Below the pieces are notes generated by a model that worked only from the letters and a program-made list of their open reading frames with translations, searched no databases and was not told the origin of the DNA. From positions 1 to 53,655 of the forward strand of contig JAZSHT010000068.1 in assembly GCA_045533435.1 (NCBI GenBank): a stretch of DNA of 53,655 nucleotides. The letters run 5' to 3'. Source of the stretch: Eubacteriales bacterium (lineage in GTDB: Bacteria > Bacillota > Clostridia > Oscillospirales > CAG-272). This document shows positions 46,566-53,655 of the stretch, piece after piece. How positions within the stretch are numbered: position 1 is the first letter of the stretch; each line of letters starts with the position of its first letter. The position numbers and the translations under genes were made by a program.

Positions 46566-47627
46566 ATGAATACAGAATTTCCAAAGGTAAAGCATAAGGT
46601 AATAGATTCTCATTTGCACTTTTACGACTCTCAAAGCGAGGATGGAGAATACTTTTTCCATTGCTTTGAGGATTATAGAAATGAAATGGGACTTGCGGGC
46701 ATCAATCTTTGCGCATTGCCATCTGGCTACGGCTGCGATGTAACAAGTAACATTATGTGCGCTGTATATAAAATGATAAATAAGGACACCTTCGCTCACG
46801 CAGGGCTTTTATACGATAAATACCCAATGAGCGACACATTACCCCCTGAAATGAGCTTTAAGACTCAGCTTGACGAGCTAGAAGAAATCGGCTTTGACGG
46901 AATTAAGCTAATTGAGGGCAAGCCTACAATGCATAGAACAATCGGCAAAAATCTTCTGAATTCTGCTTTTGAGGAATTTTTCAGCGAAGCCGAAAAAAGA
47001 GGCACTCATATTATTTTCCATGCAACCGACCCGATTGAATTTTGGACACAGGAGGGCTTAGACTATTACGGAGATAACACCTTCGCAACACACGAGGAAA
47101 TTTATAGACAGGTATATAAAATTCTTGAAAGCCACCCTAATTTAAAGGTTACATTCGCTCACTTCTTTTTTAAGTCCGAAACACCCGAGGACTTAATTGA
47201 GCTTTTTGAAAAATACCCCAATGTGTGTGTGGATTTAACCCCAGGATGGGAAATGTATCTCTCATTTTATAAGAACAAAGCATACTTTAAGGACTTCTTT
47301 ACAAAGTATTCAAAGCGCATCGTTTTAGGCACAGATGCATACTTTCCAAGACCAACCGAGTGTAGCATGTGGCTCGTTGATAGAGTATATCGCTTCATTT
47401 CAAGCCCTGATGTGGTAAAGGCCGTAGCCGACCGCTATGAGTCAGGACTTTGTATCCCCGATGAAGCAATTAACGATATTACTTATCGCAATTTTGAAAG
47501 AAGAGTTAGCGAGCATTCAAAAACAATAAACAAGCAAGCTTTAATAGCGTACTACGAAAAATACAAATACAAAATGACCGAAAAGGATATCGCTTTAATA
47601 GATTACACATTTTCAAAATACCTATAA
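46566..47627 (+). CDS. amidohydrolase family protein
   Basis: DSHLH, GIKL, TFAHF and LGTD motifs. Confidence 0.85.
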   Translation: MNTEFPKVKHKVIDSHLHFYDSQSEDGEYFFHCFEDYRNEMGLAGINLCALPSGYGCDVTSNIMCAVYKMINKDTFAHAGLLYDKYPMSDTLPPEMSFKTQLDELEEIGFDGIKLIEGKPTMHRTIGKNLLNSAFEEFFSEAEKRGTHIIFHATDPIEFWTQEGLDYYGDNTFATHEEIYRQVYKILESHPNLKVTFAHFFFKSETPEDLIELFEKYPNVCVDLTPGWEMYLSFYKNKAYFKDFFTKYSKRIVLGTDAYFPRPTECSMWLVDRVYRFISSPDVVKAVADRYESGLCIPDEAINDITYRNFERRVSEHSKTINKQALIAYYEKYKYKMTEKDIALIDYTFSKYL

Positions 47628-47656
47628 AGAGATATGATAGCAATTAATAACTAAAT

Positions 47657-47692
47657 AAGGCTGTTGCAAAATTATTAGCAACAGCCTTTTTT
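47657..47692. terminator. terminator hairpin between convergent genes
   Basis: AAGGCTGTTGC-N10-GCAACAGCCTT followed by a T-tract. Confidence 0.7.
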
Positions 47693-47763
47693 ATGTTCAA
47701 CTTTAAGAGCCGAGCGCATGAAATTTGCAGCTTACAACCACTTAAATTAAGAAAAATTCCATT

Positions 47764-50097
47764 TTAATCTAAAACTATACGAGAAGGCGCACGCCATACT
47801 GTAATTTTAGATGAAAGAAATTCGCTCTTTGAAATTCCCTCAAGGTCAGAAAGAGAGTTTACCTCTTTATCGTTAATGCCAACGATTACATCACAAGGCA
47901 AAATACCCTTTGACGATGCTTTTGCAAATTGGTCAACATCGCATACAAGCACACCGTTATGTCCTGCCGTAGCGTAAGCCGACATTTCGCCATCGGTTTC
48001 AATGTTTTTTAGCTTCATATCAAATAGGGTAATGATATTATACTTACTCTTTTTCTGACTTTGATTAATTTTTGGTAAAACAGGAGTTCTTGCAAGCTTT
48101 TTAAGTGGCTCATATCTTACGCCAAACTCACAAGGGAAGTTTTCAAAGCCATCAATTTTTGGAGAAATCACTCTATAATCGCCACGCCTTGCATTTTTGA
48201 AAATGCATTTTGTTTTTATGGAATTCTTATCCATGCCTGTGATTTTGTGTAGCTCAGGAGCTTTTTTAATACCCCTTGTATTTTTAGAATGTAACACATT
48301 GAAATCGATGCTTTTTCCGTAGCCGTGCTCCATTAAAATCGGCTGATATTCTGTGAAAATAATGTTATTTTCAACCACATCTCCGCTATTTTCATACCAT
48401 ACATGCATATGCACGGAGTTGTTTACCATTATGTTATTATGAACATATCGGTTAAAGCCCTCACGAAGCTTTATACCGCCATTTAAGCATAAATTATTGT
48501 ATATTTCATAATATGATGAGCCATCATCAAGGTCAATGTCCCAACCTCTGTCGCAACGGAATCTGCTATTTCTTATTATAGTCTTATCCAAACAGTCAAG
48601 CTTTACATACTTGGAAATTTCACGGTCTGAAATGTCGTATAAATGCCAATATCTATCACGACCCCAAGAGTTAAAGCTACCATGGTCGCCCGTTTCCTTA
48701 ACTGTGTCAAATATGTCGCATCCATCAATTAAATGACCGCCAAATGTACCTTCGGAAATATTTATTCCCGCACGGGATGCATCATAAATGCTTGTGTTTA
48801 TTACGCTTATGCCGTAGGACATTGAAATTTCAACGCCTGTCGCTTGCTTTTCAAGTGTGCCAACATGCTCAATTAAGCAATTTTCAACAGTACATTTTTT
48901 TGGATATTCATTACTCTTAGGTCCTCTTTTTTTATCAATATCAAGAAAGCTTTGACTATGTGTTGCATCAAAAAGTGGACTTCTTACGGAGCTTGGCTTG
49001 CCTACAAAGCAAATAGCACTTGCGCCAATATCCTTAAAATGGCATTTTGAAACAGTAATATTACTGTTTTTACCATCAACAAAAATGCCGTTTGTACCAA
49101 CATCAAAAAATGAGCATTCCAAAATAGAGCAGCTACTTGAATTTGTAAAATATATCGCTCCGCCTCTGTAAATTGCCCAGTCACTTCGTAAAAGCGACTC
49201 ATACTTAAGCATAAATGTTCTTTTCGCGCGTCTTATTTTAATATTTTCAACGCTTACATTTTTACATCCCTTAAATACGAAAAAGCTTGAATTTACACAA
49301 ATCTCAGCAGTATCTAAGCTGTGTCCTTTCTTTAAAATTACATAAACACGCTTATTTTCCTTGTCAAAATACCATTCCCCAGGCTCTGTCATTTCCTCAC
49401 GCACATTTTCAATGTACTTAAAGTCGGAGTGCATACCCATTTGCCTGTTATTTTGCCATCCGCCAATATAGGTAAGATTGCCGTTTTCATCCTTACCCGT
49501 TACCTCGTAGGAATAACCGCCCCAATTATGTAAATGCATTGCATGAATGTAAGCGCCTTTCGGATTTTTCCATTCATCCGCCTTTGTCTTTGATAAAACA
49601 TCTCTTGAAAAGCCACCGAAAATTTTCACATTAGGATTATATTTAGGAAAACGCGCCATTTGGTATTTTTCGCCGTTAATATAAAGCGCATCAGCATCAT
49701 ATTTCGTGCTTGCAGAAAATACTCCATTTCCCTCATCTACCCAGCTATCAACCTTTACACATCCTTGTATAACGGTGTTTTTCTCTCCGCGAATTACGAT
49801 ATTTTCACCCTTAACCATAATCGCATCAGTTAAATTGTAAACACCACTCTTTAATGAAATAACCGTTTTTTCGTTTTCTTTATTACAAACAAAGCCAATA
49901 TTTTTCTTACTCTTAATTAGCATTGAAAGTCTTGCATAAGAAAGCTTTTTGAAATATTCCTCTCGCTTTTTTGCCTCTTTTTTATTATTAAATACCTCAA
50001 AGTAGCAAAGACCTTCAGGAAGATTTTTACAAAGAAGCTCAGAGCATACTCCAAAGCCGTATTTTCTCTCATTTTGCGTTAAATAAGTATAAAACAT
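47764..50097 (-). CDS. right-handed beta-helix glycoside hydrolase (GH141-like) with C-terminal PDZ domain and degenerate N-terminal GIY-YIG-like segment
   Basis: ARFP, IENVREEMTEPGEWYFD, ETGDHGSFNSWGRDR and WDIDLDDGSS; C-terminal GILPCDVIVGIN PDZ motif; start after GAGGTGG (track 50109). Confidence 0.75.
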   Translation of the reverse strand: MFYTYLTQNERKYGFGVCSELLCKNLPEGLCYFEVFNNKKEAKKREEYFKKLSYARLSMLIKSKKNIGFVCNKENEKTVISLKSGVYNLTDAIMVKGENIVIRGEKNTVIQGCVKVDSWVDEGNGVFSASTKYDADALYINGEKYQMARFPKYNPNVKIFGGFSRDVLSKTKADEWKNPKGAYIHAMHLHNWGGYSYEVTGKDENGNLTYIGGWQNNRQMGMHSDFKYIENVREEMTEPGEWYFDKENKRVYVILKKGHSLDTAEICVNSSFFVFKGCKNVSVENIKIRRAKRTFMLKYESLLRSDWAIYRGGAIYFTNSSSCSILECSFFDVGTNGIFVDGKNSNITVSKCHFKDIGASAICFVGKPSSVRSPLFDATHSQSFLDIDKKRGPKSNEYPKKCTVENCLIEHVGTLEKQATGVEISMSYGISVINTSIYDASRAGINISEGTFGGHLIDGCDIFDTVKETGDHGSFNSWGRDRYWHLYDISDREISKYVKLDCLDKTIIRNSRFRCDRGWDIDLDDGSSYYEIYNNLCLNGGIKLREGFNRYVHNNIMVNNSVHMHVWYENSGDVVENNIIFTEYQPILMEHGYGKSIDFNVLHSKNTRGIKKAPELHKITGMDKNSIKTKCIFKNARRGDYRVISPKIDGFENFPCEFGVRYEPLKKLARTPVLPKINQSQKKSKYNIITLFDMKLKNIETDGEMSAYATAGHNGVLVCDVDQFAKASSKGILPCDVIVGINDKEVNSLSDLEGISKSEFLSSKITVWRAPSRIVLD

Positions 50098-50259
50098 AAT
50101 CCACCTCAAAAGCGTTTTTCTTAATTATATCGCGAAAGATAAATAAAGTCAATTGCACAACGCAAAAATAAGGTTTTAATATCATTTTTTCGACCAATGA
50201 TATTTGACATATAGTATTTTTCGTGCTATAATCAATTAAGAATTTAGCGAGGTGTTACT

Positions 50260-51813
50260 ATGAACAGAAAACTTTTAAGAGATAAAATATTAGGTTGCTT
50301 TAACGGCAAAAATGTAGGCGGAACTCTTGGCGCTCCCCTTGAAGGCAAAAACGGATTTTTTGACATCGAGTATTTTATCCAACCTAATATTGAAAATAAT
50401 CCAATGCCAAACGATGACCTTGATTTACAGATTTCCTCATTAAATGCCGTAAGAAGATATGGCAGAAATGTAAATTCGGAAATTTTAGCAGAATATTTTA
50501 ATATTTTCGTTAATCCAAGCTGGGCAGAATACGGCTTTGGTAAATCAAATTTAAGAAGAGGTATCCCAACACCAATTTCAGGCTACCACGCTAATGCATA
50601 TAAGGATAGCTGTGGCTCATTTATCCGTAGCGAAATTTGGGCATGCCTTTGCCCGGGACATCCCGACCTTGCAACTCGCTACGCATACTTTGATTCCTCA
50701 ATCGACCATGCAGATGAGGGAACCTATGGCGAGGTATTTTGGGCAGCTATGCAAAGTGCCGCATTTGTTGAAAACGATATTAAAAAGCTTATTGATATCG
50801 GTCTTAGCTATATTCCAAAGGAAAGTACACTTTATAAGGGCGTTACGCTTGTAATTGATTGCTATGAAAAGGGAAAAACCTACGAAGAAACAAGAGATAC
50901 CATTTTTAGAGAAGTAGCAGGTGCCTTTTCCTATCAACATACAAAGCTAAAGGACATCACTCTTACAGAGTATAACCCTGCACACGCAGGCTTTGATGCT
51001 CCCCAAAATATAGCAATCGCTATAATGGGCATGCTCTATGGAGAGGGCGATTTTGGTAAAAGTATGCTCCTTGCTGTAAACTGTGGCGAGGATGCCGATT
51101 GCACGGCAGGAAGCTTAGCAGCAACACTCGGTATTATTCTTGGAAATTCTAACCTTCCTGAAAAATGGATAAAGCCTATTAACGATGTAATCGTTACCGC
51201 AACTCTTAACACCTTGGATTACACTATGACAATGAATACACCGTTCTTTTTACCTAAATCCACACAGGAATTAGCAGATGAAATTATTCGTTGTATTCCC
51301 AAAATGCTAACCGCTGATGCATACGATATAACCGATAAGGGTCTAGAAGTATTCCCAAAAGAAGATTTTTACTGTAAGGACACCGAAGAAATTTATTACA
51401 AAGGCGCATTCGGTAACAGAGCAAAAGAGAATTTTAATACAACCGAACTTTTAAACCTACCCCATTATTCTATATTCAAGGAATTTTCACTATTTAAAAT
51501 TCAAGCAATTTATGAAAACGATTTCTTTTTTGAAAACGGAAAGGAAACCTCTGTTAAATTAAAAATTTACGATAACGGAGAATCAAAAATTCAGCATTGG
51601 CTCACTATTCGTGCTTATACAGTAGATGGTGTAGAAATAAAAGAAAAGGTTACCACAGCATCATTAAGTAATTGCAATGGCGACGTAACAGAGAAAACCT
51701 TCCACATTCTACCAACGAATATTGAAGGCGACAAATTTGACATTATTTTTGATATCTCAATGGAAGGCCACGCAAGCATGAACTTATTTAAAGTAAGCTT
51801 TTTTGCAAAATAA
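50260..51813 (+). CDS. ADP-ribosylglycohydrolase family protein
   Basis: GKNVGGTLGAPLE, NDDLD, IRSEIWA and GEDADCT motifs. Confidence 0.88.
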   Translation: MNRKLLRDKILGCFNGKNVGGTLGAPLEGKNGFFDIEYFIQPNIENNPMPNDDLDLQISSLNAVRRYGRNVNSEILAEYFNIFVNPSWAEYGFGKSNLRRGIPTPISGYHANAYKDSCGSFIRSEIWACLCPGHPDLATRYAYFDSSIDHADEGTYGEVFWAAMQSAAFVENDIKKLIDIGLSYIPKESTLYKGVTLVIDCYEKGKTYEETRDTIFREVAGAFSYQHTKLKDITLTEYNPAHAGFDAPQNIAIAIMGMLYGEGDFGKSMLLAVNCGEDADCTAGSLAATLGIILGNSNLPEKWIKPINDVIVTATLNTLDYTMTMNTPFFLPKSTQELADEIIRCIPKMLTADAYDITDKGLEVFPKEDFYCKDTEEIYYKGAFGNRAKENFNTTELLNLPHYSIFKEFSLFKIQAIYENDFFFENGKETSVKLKIYDNGESKIQHWLTIRAYTVDGVEIKEKVTTASLSNCNGDVTEKTFHILPTNIEGDKFDIIFDISMEGHASMNLFKVSFFAK

Positions 51814-51877
51814 AATGCTTCATAACCCACAAATACTACTTAATTTGAGCATTTAATAAACAGATTGGAGAACAAAC

Positions 51878-53494
51878 ATGTTAAGTCTTGAAAAATTTCA
51901 TTTCAGCGCAAGAAATTCCTTAATTTCTGTTGCAAAGGTAAATGAAAAAATAGTTTTACATTCACTTCATAACGGTGGAATGGTACCGCTTATGGAGCTT
52001 GACTATTCTGACACAACAACCGAAAGCTTTTTACCTTGGGAGCTTCAAGTAACTGAAAATAATAAAACACACAAAATGTGCCTATTCGGTAAGGATGGCA
52101 TTTGCTTTTCAGGAAAAGGAAAATCCCCTTGCTTTACCTATATCTATATGAAGGGAGTGTATAACGCAAACTATATTTATGAAGGAAAGAATATTTTAAA
52201 GCTTTGCGATTGCTTTACAAATACCTTCCATACCTTCAAAATTCATAAAGGCACCGTATCTCTTGATACAAAGGACAGTGAAAGAAGAATATACAAGGAT
52301 TACATAAAAATAACAATCCTGCCTGATGAAAACGGAGAGTATGAATTTACTATTCGCTTTAGCACAAGTGAGCAATCTGTTTATTCTGATTTAACATACA
52401 ACGAATATTCAGAAAACAGAAAAAACGAATATCTTGCTTGGGAAACAAAAATGAAATGCCAAAACGATGTTGATAAGTTATGTGCATATATCTTATGGAG
52501 TAATATCATATCAGGCGAAGGCAATTACGATAGAGATGCAATCGTAATGAGTAAATCGGGTATGTGCAAGCTTTGGTCCTGGGACAATACCTTTAATGCA
52601 CTTGATTTGGCAGACAAGGATTTTGAGCTTTCATATAATCAATTTATTTATCCGTATAGATTTATGGATAATCACGGCAGAACCCCCGATACAGTTACTA
52701 CCACAAATATGGAAAGAGCATTTGTGAAGCCCCCAATCCAAGGCTGGATTTATAAACAGCTTGTTAAACGCAACAAAAAATATGAAGATATTGAAGTTAT
52801 AGATGAGCTTTATTACTTTATGAAAAAGAATACAGATTGGTGGCTCAACTATCGTGGTAACACTCCTTGCTATTATCACGGAAACGATTCAGGCAACGAT
52901 AATGCAACATGCTTTGATAATACGGAAATTATTCAATCCCCCGATTTAATTGCATATTTGTCAGTACAATGTGATGTTTTATCACAAATGGCAGAAAAGC
53001 TTAATTTGTGTAGTGACGTTAGAATATACAAAATGCTATCAAACGAGCTTTTAGAAAAGTGCGTAACTCATTTTTGGGATGGAGAAATTTTTATCCGCAA
53101 CGGTATGACTGAGGAAATATACAGACCTCAAAGCTTAATGCCTTTAAGAATGATTGTTTTAGAGGATAAGCTTCCAACTGACATAAAGGAATACATACTT
53201 AATAAGCTTAAAAGCGATTTTTTATGCCCATACGGACTTGCAAGTGAATCTATACATAGTCCATTCTATACGCAAAACGGCTATTGGAGAGGACCGGCTT
53301 GGGGACCTGACCAAATTATATTTACTTTAGCACTTCGTAATATGGGCGAAACCCAAATAAGCGAAAGCATAGCATCAGGCTACAAAAAAGCAATAGAAAA
53401 ATCAGGCTTTTCTGAAAACCACGACCCAATAACGGGAGACTCATTAAAATGCAAAGCATACAGCTGGACCGCTAATGCTTATAGACTATTATAA
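51878..53494 (+). CDS. (alpha/alpha)6 glycoside hydrolase, GH63/MGH1-like
   Basis: WSWD, KPPI, NDSGNDN, YWRGPAW, GFSEN and YSWTA motifs. Confidence 0.82.
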   Translation: MLSLEKFHFSARNSLISVAKVNEKIVLHSLHNGGMVPLMELDYSDTTTESFLPWELQVTENNKTHKMCLFGKDGICFSGKGKSPCFTYIYMKGVYNANYIYEGKNILKLCDCFTNTFHTFKIHKGTVSLDTKDSERRIYKDYIKITILPDENGEYEFTIRFSTSEQSVYSDLTYNEYSENRKNEYLAWETKMKCQNDVDKLCAYILWSNIISGEGNYDRDAIVMSKSGMCKLWSWDNTFNALDLADKDFELSYNQFIYPYRFMDNHGRTPDTVTTTNMERAFVKPPIQGWIYKQLVKRNKKYEDIEVIDELYYFMKKNTDWWLNYRGNTPCYYHGNDSGNDNATCFDNTEIIQSPDLIAYLSVQCDVLSQMAEKLNLCSDVRIYKMLSNELLEKCVTHFWDGEIFIRNGMTEEIYRPQSLMPLRMIVLEDKLPTDIKEYILNKLKSDFLCPYGLASESIHSPFYTQNGYWRGPAWGPDQIIFTLALRNMGETQISESIASGYKKAIEKSGFSENHDPITGDSLKCKAYSWTANAYRLL

Positions 53495-53655
53495 AAACTA
53501 CAAGGGGATGTTGCAATAAGCACAGACCAAAAACAGACACATATCTCATAAAAAAGTTCTATTTGTATTTGAAAATATTCTTTAATGTTGAGAACTTGCA
53601 TTTTAGCAAGTTCTCTTCATTTTTATGTCTGTTTTTTAGACGCGAACACGGGCGG

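Noticed and set aside
47657-47692. GGCTGTTGC...GCAACAGCC as an IS end or empty IS site
   Set aside because: No transposase nearby; its position between convergent genes with a T-tract is sufficiently explained by a terminator.
2518-52879. Numerous 60-130-aa track ORFs antisense to or nested in long genes (e.g. 2518..2835, 12481..12807, 21173..21553, 38358..38648)
   Set aside because: Shadow frames of confidently identified genes, with no RBS or recognisable motifs.

Overview
An AT-rich chromosomal segment from a low-GC Firmicute. sigmaA promoters, AGGAG ribosome-binding sites, a lysine riboswitch and the DUF177-rpmF pair suggest a Clostridia-type gut or rumen organism (inference). Housekeeping genes include dut, rpmF, a polar amino-acid ABC transporter, a paaK-iorAB-ACT-aminotransferase cluster, a MarR/acyl-CoA ligase pair, bcp and tRNA-Gln(CTG). 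Accessory genes include GH35, GH5, GH27, GH151/GH29-like, GH141-like and GH63-like hydrolases, SGNH/CE4 esterases, phd-doc and an orphan mazF. There is no intact IS, integrase, prophage or CRISPR array. The most unusual signal is non-coding. Directly downstream of tRNA-Gln lies a dyad-symmetric array of eight 22-24-nt hairpin units with variable co-varying stems, mostly GNA triloops and a conserved CATCRT linker. It sits in front of an Avd-like four-helix-bundle gene and a membrane-protein gene. Two related intergenic elements with inverted heptamer-repeat arms occur elsewhere and end in the same type of GNA-loop hairpin. Protein-level oddities: an IS30-HTH/AbrB fusion, two circularly permuted family-3 solute-binding proteins, a degenerate GIY-YIG fused to a beta-helix hydrolase with a PDZ domain, an unlisted 41-aa membrane peptide, and a YcxB-like gene with an in-frame TGA. 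All product calls come from motif recognition by eye, not from database searches.
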